Source: Chrysomallon squamiferum (Eukaryota; Animalia; Mollusca). From it: a stretch of DNA of 64,000 nucleotides. The position numbers and the translations under genes were made by a program. The notes beneath the pieces are model-generated. The model was given only the letters and a program-made list of their open reading frames with translations, had not been told where the DNA came from and did no database searches. Where the stretch lies: assembly GCA_012295275.1 (NCBI GenBank), contig CM022670.1, positions 5,084,001-5,148,000 on the forward strand, in the 5' to 3' direction. Below, in pieces: positions 28,930 through 42,743 of this stretch. Position 1 is the stretch's first letter. Each line of letters begins with the position of its first letter.

Positions 28930-29035
28930 CTAGTCACGTGGTCTCCAAGGAAGGACGTGTTCAGACGCTCGGCAGGGGGTCGCGCGCGTTTGTTATGTAA
29001 GCGGTTTACGTAATGTTCGCGTCATGTGCGTAATC
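28930..29035. promoter_or_regulatory. Candidate enhancer: E-box plus PAR/C-EBP-type bZIP site cluster
   Basis: CACGTG 28935-28940, TTATGTAA 28993-29000, TTACGTAA 29006-29013 and TGCGTAA 29027-29033 within a CpG-rich segment. Confidence 0.45.
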
Positions 29036-31054
29036 CTAGATTAAATACATTTTGTTGCGGGACTCGTTGCGTATTAATTTTTGGAGAATAAATATGAATC
29101 AGTTAATAGAAAACTGTTAAATAAATCGAGACGATTACGATCAATTTCAAGTTTATTTAAAGGTATTTACAAATTAAAAATTATTATCAAAAACAACATT
29201 GCTGTCATTGTTGCTTGACAAAGATTGTACTATGTATATTCCTGTTTATTTGACGGTGTGTTGTAAATACCATTTACTGCTATTGAACAGAGTCCATACT
29301 GAAATAGATAGCTAATAAATCATAGCATTAAAAAATAAGTCACTTTGACAAGTAATAAAATGCATTTAGTTGTCGTTAAGCAAATATTCATTAATTTATT
29401 CTCTTTTATTATTTATTTATTTATTTATTTATGATTTTTTCATTTGATTGATTCATTGATTTATCAGTGCATGTACATTCAATGATCATTAATTAAGCCA
29501 ACCATCTTAATCATCATTCGACCATTCGTTCGTTCGTTCATTCATTCATTCATTCATCCATCCATCCATCATTCTTTCAATTATTCATTTGCTGATTTGT
29601 GGCAAATAAGACAACTTCTTTCATAGAACTATTATGATAGGCATAATTCTTCCTTTTATTTTCATAAACATTACACTTTTTTATTTATTTATTTATTTAT
29701 TTATTTTTTAAATTATTATTACTTCATTTTTTTTTTTTTTTTTTTTTTTTTATTTTAATGACGTTTCACATCAAAATACTGAATCTAGCTGATTAGATCG
29801 GCGGGGAATAAAGATTCATACAAAATGAAAACTTAACACCATCCTGCTGGTTACGCCAAAAGAAAAAGAAAAGAAAGAAGAAAAAAGAAAACATCAAGAT
29901 ACAATCAACAGAAATTGTGTCAGCAGCACCAGCTATAACTTCAACAACAACAACAACAACAGATAAAATCTTTATATATATATATATATACTGTACATTT
30001 CATGCACACAAATATTTTTTCAAGCGCATATAGGTAAAGGGACGTACTTCATTCCTACATACCCATATGATCACATTTATATATAAAACACAAAAAGAGT
30101 AAAAATAAATAAACACACAGAGGCGAATAGCAATATTTATATTAAAGACCAGTACACATTCACACCCACGCACGCACGCTACACACACAACACACACACA
30201 CATACACATACACACACATTCACATGACAGTATACGTACAAATACCCAGAATGTAAAATAATAACGTAAGTATTATTTTAAGTTACACGCAATACATTCT
30301 TACAGGTATATATTTATATATACACCTTAGTATATGGAAATTCATCTGACACGTCACTCATGCTTGTATTCAGATTGAAACGTGTTATATTCAAATCCAC
30401 ATCACGCCTTCTTTATGAAAAAAAATAAAAAAAATTGTTTCTCATCGTCCTGTTCTGATTATGAGATTACAGCCGGGTTTTTATTTTTTTTATTTTTTTA
30501 TTTTTTAAAGTTTGTACTAAACATAGCTGTGAAGTAAACATCACAGTGATAGGGGCAGAGATCTGAGACAACTTTTATAGTCCTGTCCCCATTGTCCCTG
30601 CTCACCGAGTGAAGAGAAGAAAGATTCGTAGTCATCAGCCTGTGATAGCTGCGTTTAAGAAAGCAAAAAATTCGTTTGTGTTTGCAGATTTTGATGGTTA
30701 AAAAAGAAGTGAAATTGTGGGTTATGAGAGTACAGGATCGAGATATTTTAATTTTAATTTTAATTTTTTATTTTTTTTTCGTTTTTTTGTAGATATTAAA
30801 AAACCCTAATGTAATTGCAGGAATTACAATTCGCGACGATGTTATACAATAAACAAAACAAAAACAACAACAACAAAGAAAAAACAACAACAAAAAACAA
30901 CAACAACAAAACAACAAACAACAATAAAACAATAAATAAATAAATAAATAAATAATATATATAAATATGTATGTATAAAATGATGGCAGAAGGTAGATAA
31001 ATAGATAGAAAGATAGACAAACAGTCATATATATATATATATATGTATATATGT

Positions 31055-31097
<43 letters not shown>

Positions 31098-31892
31098 GAC
31101 AGGCAGACATACACAGAAACAGAGAAAGAAACAGGAAGACAAATAGAATTGGACCCATGAATCGATAGTTAAATAACAATACTAAATAATTAATCCTTTA
31201 CTCAATCTGTCTTCAAATGAAAAGATGCATCATCTCCATTTGTACCAAAATAAAAAAATATTCTTTCAGACCTCAGACATACTTCTGATATTTAATGAAC
31301 AAAAAGAAAAAAGAAATTTTTTTGAGAAGAATTGATCTTGCGTCCTACAGGAGTCGAAATAGACTACAATAATCGACACTTTTTCTTTGACGTACGAAAA
31401 AAAAAAAAAAAACCCTACCACTCAGTATACTATTCAAGTAAAGCCCGTCTCCATTTTTTCTTAGAGAGGACTAAATGCATTTCGTGTACAACACAGAGAT
31501 AAGAAAGGTATCTGTGTCGAATCTGTTGACGCTCTCTGAAGCTTGACATGTAATAAACTGCAGTTGTTTCTATCTGATGCTGTACCTTGCACCGCGCCGA
31601 GCGACAAACACTGTATGCTAATCACCGAGCAGGTCTTGTAAAGGAGACGAGTAACACGACACGGCTTTAGGATTTGCAGGTGACAATCGCGCAGGTAAGA
31701 AGACACAGGAACTGGTCGGTTTCGGATCGGCGACTTGTCACCATGATGCAGGTAGGTAATTTTCTAAAGTGCAGAAGAGACGGGGGATCTGATCGGCGCG
31801 GACTGGAGAATGGCCGGTGCTAAGCCGCATATCGCTGAGAGAATTTGCGTTTAAAAGAAGACGAAATATCTCGTCTCTGTCCTGTTAAATAC

Positions 31893-32175
31893 GGGGCTGG
31901 CTGTGTGTAGTTCTGTGGTTAGAGCGTACTGTGAGAAGTGACACGTCGCAAGATTGTACTTCCTCAGTGCGCTGTTTAAGCTGATATCTCTTCCCAGCTA
32001 CAAGACTGACTGGTTTATCAAAGACTGTGATGTTAACTTTCCGGTATATGGGAAGGTGCATGTAAAAGATATTTTATTGCTAACAGAAAAAGAGTAGCTG
32101 CTTTTTCTCTCTCATTCTCTTGTACAACGCAGTATTTTCGTTGATTAAAAGTGAATAAAGTGTGTCGTTGAAGAT
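31893..32175 (+). mobile_element. tRNA-derived SINE, near full-length but decayed (Meta/MESC-like core)
   Basis: tRNA-like head GTAGTTCTGTGGTTAGAGCG; body GACTGGTTTATCAAAGACTGTG...ATGGGAAGGTGCATGTAAAAGAT...TGCTAACAGAAAAAGAGTAGC; tail GTGTCGTT. It has related copies in this window. The family name is from memory of mollusc SINE cores and was not searched. Confidence 0.78.
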
Positions 32176-33550
32176 TTATTTTTTGTCAATATAATTTCCA
32201 GTCAAGCAGTATTTAAGTATTTATGCTGTTTTTAAAATACGACCGAACATGAGTTTTGCTATTTATTAGTTTTATTGCTATATAACGAATGGTTCCCATC
32301 ATCAAACACTGACATGACAAACAAAAGTTAGACAGCGTAAATAACGCTCAATCCGCTTGGTGGTTAGCTTGTTTACGATTAGAAGATGAAGTAAAATATT
32401 ATTAACGAGAAATCTTTTCAAAGTTTGTCATGCGGCGAAATGTATAATTATGAGATATATATTTCGTTTAAATGAAAAAAATGCTGCTTGTGAACATAAT
32501 AAAAAGAGAGGATAAATGTAGTGAAGAAAGAAATCAGAAAAAAGTAAAAAAGAAAATAAATAAAAATATATACGTTTCAAAATTAGTTTTCAATGACAAA
32601 ATTTAATAGTTGAATGACTGTAAGCTAGGAAGTAAGTTTACACCTGTGTCTCTGTCTGCCTGATACCTACCTAACAACCTACCTATTTACCTGTCTGTCT
32701 TTCTAACACACACACACATACACACACACACACACACACATATATTTGTTTCGAATCTTTTCTTTAAATAAAAATGGTACAATACTATACAAAACAACAT
32801 AGAAATTCCACTAATGTTCAGTAAAGAATGTAAATTTTTAATTTAATTGAAGGGCAAACCTTGTACATGTGGTGGTATTTTTTAATTAATAGTGAGATTT
32901 AAGGGCAAAGATTACGTACAATAAAATTGCAATTTTAAATAACTCTATAATACTTTTACGACCTCCGGTAAGAAGGTTTTCGTTTTTTCTTATCTTTAAG
33001 ATAATTCAGAAACTACGTTTCTATCTAATTTGATAGATTACTCGCTTGTTTCCTCCGCTGTCCTAAAAATCATACAATATGTCAATAAACAACGCTGAGG
33101 TCGTACGACATACACCAGTGAAATAGTGTTTCTTATTTTAATCTTTGTCGCCATTTGCTTACTTGAACTTAGTAATGACTTGTTATTAAGCGAAAGTCGT
33201 ACATGTCAATAAAGTACAGAATGCCCAAGTGTCCTGAACAACATAGAAAACTCCGGTACTTTTCTATCCCTTATTTCTGTCTTCAAGATAAACCCGAAAC
33301 AGTTGTACATATATTTATTTATTTGCTGTAAGCTTGGAACTACTACTAAACTTTCAAAGGACACGCATGAAGTACGTAAAAACTAATTTCTGGATTTTTA
33401 AAAATATTCTTTATTTAATTATTAACCTCGCTGTTTAATTTTCCATGCTGAAGAGTTGACTTAACGAAACTGCATACATTTTACGTCATTCGTTTTCAAA
33501 CATTCACTGATGATGCTGCTGATGATTTCGTATTTCAGTTTATTCAATTA

Positions 33551-33553
<3 letters not shown>

Positions 33554-33629
<76 letters not shown>
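33554..33629. repeat. (CT)n microsatellite
   Basis: Direct reading. Confidence 0.97.
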
Positions 33630-33635
<6 letters not shown>

Positions 33636-33869
33636 TACATATATATATATGTGTGTGTGTGTTTGTGTGTAGAGACCGAGAGAGAGAGAAATTCCGAGAA
33701 TGTAATAACTACGTTTCAACCGCCACATGAGTAACGATGCAAAAATCTCAAGTGAAGGAAATAAAAACATGTACTGGAAGTCGAGTGTCCAGATTTCATC
33801 TTTATTAGCCCATCACGATTTGTATCACAACGCTTCACGGACTTCAACAATAACACATCTTCTTTAAAC

Positions 33870-34200
33870 TCTCGTCCAATTTGAGGAATCGACCCGCTAC
33901 GAAACCCGCGCAAATCCCGCGAAGTGCCCGCAAAGAATCGGCATTATCACCGACACTAATCTCAGAAAGTGGTTTCATCTCGAAAGTGGCGCTGCTTGCC
34001 GCCATGTTGTCATCTTGTTTACGGCAATACCTCAGTGATTTACATAAGCTTTGTCCGCTATCTTTCTGCTCTGACGGGCAGGATGTATCGATGGTGGTAA
34101 CCATTCTTGTTCTCCCATTCACCACGTTCCCGATGTGTATCGAAACACGGGGATGAGACGTCGGTTGTCTTTGTTGTCAGTGACGCTGCAGTTCTATTCA
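33870..34200. promoter_or_regulatory. CpG-rich promoter-like island
   Basis: CCAAT at ~33876, four CCCGC at 33893, 33905, 33916 and 33927, and a YY1-type GCCGCCATGTT at ~33998. Confidence 0.4.
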
Positions 34201-34788
34201 ATACGATGTCGGATTTGTGATAAAAAAAAAAAAAAAAATTTATACACAGATATGACAGATGATACTTGAAATGTCAACTTGTCTTTCATCGAAAGATTTT
34301 GTTTTCTTTTCTTTTAGGAAAAAAAAAAAAAAAGAGAAAAGAATGAAAGAAGAACGAAAGAAAGGAGGAGTGAAAGAAAGGTTGCATGGACTGAATATCG
34401 GTCATGTAGTCTTGTCCTAAGTCTACATTCTACTGGAAAACTGTCCATTCTTGTCTGGTCTTTTAATAACATAAATATTAGTTACCATCGCTTTTGGCAT
34501 GGAGTAGGTTATTGAACGTACGCTCATATCCGCCCAGATACCACGAACACATATAATGGATGAACAAAAGTGTGGTATTCACATGTATGCACACGTCAGA
34601 TATATATCATAGATATAAATATTCACATATCATGTATGAACGCATCCACTGTTTAAAATATGAACGTAAACATGTACACACATGCAATTATATTAAATAT
34701 ATGAATTACAACAAACTGTGGAATATAGAAATTATTATGACACTCATGGATAGATGATATATTCATCTGTCTAAATACGTTATTATTA

Positions 34789-34789
<1 letters not shown>

Positions 34790-34832
<43 letters not shown>

Positions 34833-34933
34833 CATTTTCAGTAAGGTGTTTATATAAATATTCCACTGTAATATATTCTGTTAATAATAAAGTATTTAAA
34901 AAGTAAACAAAGAAAGTAATTATGATGATGATG

Positions 34934-35004
<71 letters not shown>

Positions 35005-35025
35005 AAGAAGAAGAAGAAGAAGAAG
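34790..35025. repeat. (ATT)n ... (AAT)n(AAG)n microsatellite cluster
   Basis: Direct reading. Confidence 0.95.
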
Positions 35026-38000
35026 AGGAAGCATAAGAACAATAACGAACGAACTAACTCACCAAATAAATAAATAAATAAATAAATAATAATTACTTAA
35101 AAATACAAAATAAAAATAATAGCCCAGAAACAAAAGTCATAAAATTTAATATTAGCAAAAATTACATTATTACATCATCAACATCGTCGTCGTTATTATT
35201 ATTATTATCATTATTATTTATAACATTTGTTTAATTAAAAAAAAAAAAAAAAATGAGAGACAAAACGAAAATGCTCGGATTACTTTTCAACTTTCCACAT
35301 CGTTTCATTTGAAGGTAAGTATCTTCATCTGTTATAATACATTTTTTAAAATTGCCAGCAACTGAAGTGTTGACGTTACAATCTTTCGCCACACAAACAA
35401 GACACTAGACACGTTTTGTCAAGGGTCTCTTCCCCAACATGGCAAAAGCAATTACAAGATAACTTTCGTTTGTTTGGAATTGATTTCCTCTTTGTGTACG
35501 AAATCTTCCCGAACAACATAAGCCCTAACAACAGGAGCCGTCCAGTTAATAATTTATTACAATCGAAACGGGTGTGAGGACGGTTGTAAAGATTCACCGG
35601 TGCTCTCGTTCAATGGTGAGATGTACCACTGGGGAACCCGACGTCTGGCTGTTACGCCCCGCCTAACAATTTCAAATTTGCCCTCGAAATTGTATCCTAT
35701 TGTTGTTTAGGTGACCAGAGATTGTTCAGCAGGACTGTTTTGTGATCTGTTAATGAAATCAGATTGCACTGACGGTTTTACAAGTATTTTGTTTTCTTTT
35801 CCTTGCGTTCTTTATTCCGTCTGATGTCGCCATTTTTCGCAGCGGTTCATTTTCGGTTTGGACCATATTTTATTTTAAATTAACACGACGGGATTGACAC
35901 ATGCTGCCAGATGTTAAAATAATTGATTGCCAGGATTTTAAAAATATTATTTCAGTGAAGTAAAAATATCTCTGACGTTTAACCCATAGTCGCGATAAAT
36001 TTAGACAACGAGAAAGGCCTACGGACAACTTTATTGTATTTTCTTTATTTGTTTATTTATTTTTATTTGCTCTTTATTAGATGAGATTAAAGTATGCAAA
36101 TACTACTCTGCTACTGCTGATACTATTACTGATACTAATAATAATGCTGATAATGATTATGATAATCTATAAAATGCCACAGGTCTTGAAGTTATATGTT
36201 AAAGAAAAGAAAATTGCTTAAACGGTAGTGTATTTATAAGACTTGTTAAAAAATATAAATTACGTATCCATAATAGAATATGTTACTTTTGATTAAAATT
36301 TCTCGCCAAAGATAATTAATATGCGCAGCAGTTTAATATGAATTTAATGCAATTGTTCTTACACTATTTAAGTAAACGTAATTTTCTCTTGTGTCTACAT
36401 CAGTAATAGTTTATTTATTTATTTATTTATTTGGCACTTTAAAACCACTTTTAATCTATAGAGCAAAATTTATCTTTTGAGAGCAGTCGCAACAGTTAAA
36501 CACATAATGATTTCCAAATAAATAAATAAATAAATAAATATATAAAAAGACAACTAACTAAATGAATAAATGGACATCTAAATAACACAATAAATAAATA
36601 AATAAAAGAAAGAAAGTTCGGTCAGTTTTGTTTGTTAGTAACTATACAGATCGGCCTGTACTGACGAAGTTCGTGTTACAATGACGACAGCTTGTAGTCG
36701 TTCCAGTGCAAACTTTATACATTTATCTGAACACAAAACATATACACCGGGGTCAGCAGGTTTTAAGGATATTTCGGCAAACGAAGAGGTCGGGTTAACA
36801 ACACCATAAAAGAAAATATTAAAACTTTTCTATCCGCCTTCACAGGCGAATTTCCTACAAGAGAAATATAAATTAAAGCGTTTACGAGTTCCTACAATGA
36901 AGAGAAAAGGTCGCCAAAATGTTTATTGTCGCTTTGAATGGAAACCTCCGCTAATCCTTGTTCGGGTGTCACTATCAGATGATTGTTGTTTATGTGAAAT
37001 AAGTGGAGAAAACAATTTTCTTTTCGCGATTATGTCCGGAGCGTTTGACCGAGATCAAAGGGCAACAGCGTGACTTAATCCAAGACTGGGTCTGACTGGA
37101 AGAAAAGCAGACGTATTCGTCCCATGAATTAAACATGACTTGAAAAGACTCGGTCATCCTTGAGATATTGGTCTCTATTCACATCTAAAAGAGACAGCGA
37201 TACTCTGGTCCAAGTATGAATGTGAAAATGCAGCTATAAATCACATATATCTGGCAGCTGTAGTTTTGTCGTAGAATTATTTGAACGTTTGGCCACAAAA
37301 TGTTGATTAATTTGCTGGTATCTGAAGTATTAACTTGAAAATCGCAGAGTCTAATGCTCATAATACAAATATAGTATCTCGTTTTTCTCTTGTGCGACAA
37401 TAACTATATGCTTTGATGAAGTATAGGTGTTTGTGAAAAGGCTGTATTTATATGTGTGCATGTTTGTTTATATCTGTGTATGAGTGTGAGTTTGTATGTC
37501 TGTGTACATGTATGTCCGTATATTTGTAAATATTTATGTAGTATGTTCATGTGTATGTATATACGTATATATTATGTATGTGTCTGTATATATGCATGTA
37601 TAAATGTATCATGTATGAACGTGCATATACATGCGTGTTTATAGATATGTATGTATCTATGTGGGTACTAGAACAACGAAAGTACGTAAAATGCATCTAC
37701 CGTAATAAGTATTATTAAAAACATACAATTATCTTTTTTTTTTTTTTTTTTTTTTGCACTGAGACACTGTATGTGTTGAGACAAGCATCGTAAATGAAAA
37801 CATAATCACACCTTTTTGTTACAACACCAGGTTCATAATAACAAGGAGAAGAGGAAGTTACACAAAGACCCAAATATGCTTGAATAAAGACAGTTTAATA
37901 CCACACGCTGTTACTAACGATGTGATAATTTCCTTCAGATGCGCTTCATTTCATTGTTTAAGTAAATTGATTCCATATCCTTACAGTCCTGTAAAAAAGA

Positions 38001-38317
38001 AGAAAAAGAAGAATAAATATTGCGTTGGTCAATATGTCGTGTTTGTGGTTACCCCCAGGGTTTTACTCGACCGTTATAATGGAGTCGCGTGACGGGTTGA
38101 TTGCGGTAATCGAGACTGTGTGATATATACCATAGCCGTTTTTACGTAACAGCAAAATCTCGTTTTACATTAAGCTCTGGTTTACATTCTAATTCAATTA
38201 TAAAATCGCCTTTTTATCGTCTGCGTACAAAGTCTTAATCACTTTTAGTCAGGTTATTCACGTATTATTATCACATGCTTATCAGAGTTCTTTTTTTTTT
38301 TTATGTCAGCCTGTTAC

Positions 38318-38348
<31 letters not shown>

Positions 38349-38480
38349 GATTTTATAGATTTTGTTCACTATTTTGCATAAGAATTATTTTATTTAATGA
38401 CAGTCAAAACTTTTTTTTTTAATTTACATAAGCATGTAATAATATTATAATATACATACGCATACCTACCTGCATACTGC

Positions 38481-38583
38481 ATGCATTCTCACGAGAATAT
38501 TTGATGATTATTTCATTAATATTATAATATACATACTAAATGCATTCTCACGAGAATATTTGATGATTATTTCATTAATATTA
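38481..38583. repeat. Direct duplication of a 44-bp unit with a 59-bp period
   Basis: ATGCATTCTCACGAGAATATTTGATGATTATTTCATTAATATTA is identical at 38481-38524 and 38540-38583. Confidence 0.95.
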
Positions 38584-38752
38584 CATTATCCTAAAACTGA
38601 AAACACGAACTTGATTTGCATATCCGGGTTACATACCTCAGTTCCTAATCATAGATATTTATATTTTTAAAATATTTTTGTTTTAAATAAATGGCTGACA
38701 GATAAATGAAATATATACAAGCAATATAGACAGCAAATAAACGCAAATGCTG

Positions 38753-38995
38753 AAAGAGTGTTTTGTTTAACGACACCACTGAAACACTTTGATTATCAAC
38801 GGCAGTAAAAAAATCTGGTCATTCTAACATACGTTCTTCAGAGAAATCTCTGTCTACTTTTTTATTTTAGAAGCCCATACACGTTTCAACAAGTAGGACA
38901 GCACATACCATTGTCTTTCACGTTTTAACGATGAGGCAGTGGTTTGTATTGAAAATATCCCCCAAAAATCTGGTCGGGTACACGGATCGATCATG
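38753..38995 (-). mobile_element. Decayed SINE in reverse orientation
   Basis: Plus strand TTTGTTTAACGACACCAC is the reverse complement of a GTGGTGTCGTTAAAC tail; also AGGACAGCACATACCA (core flank) and GGATCGATC (B-box-like) at ~38984. Confidence 0.72.
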
Positions 38996-40117
38996 TGTAG
39001 ATAGGAATCATTTATATGTATTTTCTTACTAACTTGGCATCACATACCAAAGTCTTTTGAAGCACTAATTAGTAACTGGAATCGGAAATCGCTATAAGAT
39101 TTACCTATAAATTTCAGTCGCAGATCAGCTGAGTTTTAAAAAAGCTCTTTACCATTACGCCGATTTTTTTTTATTACGTATAATTACTCTCAAAGGTTGC
39201 ACGAAAACGAAACACATCAGAGGTCAGTTACCACTGGTTACTAAGCTTGCTGTTTAAGATGGTGAATGATAAATAAATGATTGTATCGATAGGAAAAGTG
39301 AAAGGATAATTACGTGGATAGTCGTTTATCTTTGCGTGTGATTTCTGATTGACAGAAAACAGAGTGAGACAGATACACGGCGAGAACCGAGTGATCGATT
39401 GAGACAGAGTGAGAGAATGACTGAAAGAGACAAAGTGAGCGTGACAGAAAGAAAGAAAGAAAAAAGACAACGACTTCTCTGATGGACTGAATAAAAGGAA
39501 TGAAAGAAAATAGAGTGTGGCAGGAAAAAAGAAAGAAAAAGAGGAAGATTTTAGCATATAATGTATATAATGTTTATCACTTGTTCATTTTAGTCTCAAT
39601 CAATATATATATATATATATCATATCAAATCAAATGGTGCATCATATAGCACATAATATCATGTCATCTTATAGTATACTTTTGCTATACCCACAGCCAT
39701 AGCCACAGACGAGAGCGTATATCTTCATTGCCCCACGCCACCACTACATCTTAATACTAACACTTTAAAGCTGAGGTCATGAGTTCCATAAGGGCAACAA
39801 ATACTGGGCTTTTATTACTTTTATATTCGAGTTTTATATTCGGGTACGCAAGTTTACGATGTGACTAACATCTGGTTTACACAAGTCTATTAGATTCTAT
39901 TCACACTTGAGTGGTCTAACTGATTATCTTGAAGAGCCATGTATGGCAAAGAATGAAAGAGATGGACAGCGAAATCGATAAACAGAAACAGATGATCAAT
40001 GGAAAGAGAAAAAAAATGAGAGAGAGAGAGAGAAAGAGGTAGAGAGAAACAGAAACAGCGAGAAAACGTGTGAATTTGTGGGTTGAAAAAAGAAAGATAG
40101 ATCAAGAATGATAAAGA

Positions 40118-40277
<160 letters not shown>

Positions 40278-41209
40278 GAGGGAGGGAGGTCAAATTCGTA
40301 ATCGTAAAGAAAAGAAGAAAACTAAAATGGTGATCAAGAAGAAATCAAAAAGATTTGTTTCATATGATACAAAATACGGAATATTTACTGCATGCTTTTA
40401 TTATAAAACGTAATCATAAAACAACAATCAACAAACAAATATCAAAGGTCGCACAGCATAGGATTGATCCCATAGTCTTTGGACGTAAAACAATTATATA
40501 CATACAGCAGTTTTTTTTTTTTTTTTTTTATCTTGCTCATATATAGAGGTTCTCGTTCTCACAAATCAATTAACTTTGTTAACTTTAATACAATGTTATA
40601 GGTTAACTTTATTATAAGACTATATTCTATTGTTATGTGGAATATAGTATTTCACTAAGTAATTAAAACAAACAAAAGACTATACCACCACGAATAAATA
40701 AGTAGCATTTTTGTTTGTTTGTTTTTCTGATAATACGATCACATGGTATTCTAATATTGTTTACTTCTTGATATTAATATCTGATTTCTTAGTCTGCCTT
40801 TTTGACCGCATTAAGTCAGCAAAGGTCATTCTTAAAAAAAAATGATTCTTTGTGGTAAATGACGTTTGTCAACAATGGATATTTTAATAATACCTTATTA
40901 CACAGTATGGCATCTTATTTCGCATTCTGCCCCTAGATAATAATCCCCATATCGCCCGATGTGTAATGGTTTAAATATTTAACAGAAGCAGCTGGACATG
41001 ATTTAAAAGTTATGTAGGGACACGATGATGTCGTTGATAAGGAGCCGTTGTTGTTTATGTTCGTCCTTAAAGTTTTAAAATTAAATTTTAAAAAAAAGAA
41101 AAGAAAAAAAGAAATTAAAGTGACCTGTTAAAATTAGCCATTGGTGTCATGCCTTGTGTTAAAATAATTATCTCCTGTTTTAAACATAAGCATTAATATA
41201 GGTAACCCT

Positions 41210-41570
41210 TACATATATACATACATACATACATTCATACACACACATATATACATAAATAATACATTACATACACTCGTACGTACGTACATAGATAAAC
41301 ACACACACACACATATATATATACTATGTACATAATACATACATGGATACATGCATACACACACACATACATAATACATATACACATGCATGAATCCATA
41401 CGTACATACGTAAATACATACATACATACATACATAGATACATACATACAAAGTACATACATACATACTAACTACATACATACATACATACATACAAACA
41501 TACATACATACATACATACATACATACACAGATAATACATACAAACATACATACATACATACATACACAT
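41210..41570. repeat. Imperfect (ACAT)n/(AC)n microsatellite
   Basis: Direct reading. Confidence 0.95.
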
Positions 41571-42219
41571 AAGTAAGAAAGAGAGAGTGGTGAGATAGAG
41601 AGGCTACGATAAAGTCAGAGAGCAACAGAAAAAGGGAGAAAGACAGAGAGTGAGCGAGAGAGCGACAGTAGACGAAATACGAGGAAAAAAGAGGTAGATA
41701 TCATTTGTAACGACCAGACCTACGACTTGGAATCATTGAACTTTACGAAAGAATTCTTTCTATAACATTTTCCTTCTTGGTTACATCCTTTTTCTCTCAC
41801 ATTCATTTATTAAAAAGGGCGTTCTTCTCCAGCTGTGCATGTAGGTAGTGCGTCGGTGTACTCCGGGTGAATCATCCGAGAATAAATTAACACTGTCATT
41901 TAGTCTAGAAGCGAAACTTTGGCACGTAGTATACTGAATATATTATAATATAATAGATATTTACTTGATTACTCATACCTTGAAAAAAAAAAAAAAAAAA
42001 AAAAAACAAAAAAAAACCCCCCCAAAAAAATCTAACCATCTGTTTTGTTTCAGGCAATATTATTATTTGAAATTACTATTATAAACTTTTTAAAAGACAA
42101 CACCTTAGTGTTAAAATGTAACGTTGTAATAATACCTGTCATTTTTAAGTCTGAGTACCAGGTTTGCCGCTTTGTGTAATTTTTGAATTAATAAACTGGT
42201 TGCTAGTTAATCTATAGAC

Positions 42220-42262
<43 letters not shown>

Positions 42263-42608
42263 ATATATAATACAGACATATATAATAAATAATAAAAAAA
42301 ACAAGAAAATGCAAATTACCGCCCCACCCGAGTAAAATATAAGTGACACTGCAATAATACAATAGCATTACACATCCAAGAACATTTACCTATTCAGTTC
42401 ACGTTAATTCTATTTAAATTCCCAATACCTGTATAAAAAGCAATTATGTAAATTTCAGTTTCACTGAAAATGGGTTGGAATGTTGTTGTTTTGAGGTTAG
42501 CATTTTTTTCTCTTTTTTTTCTCTTAATTTTATTTGTTTGTTTATTTGGTTTCCTTTATAGTTATTATTTTTATCATCTTCATCACTATCATCATTATTG
42601 TTGTATGT

Positions 42609-42743
<135 letters not shown>

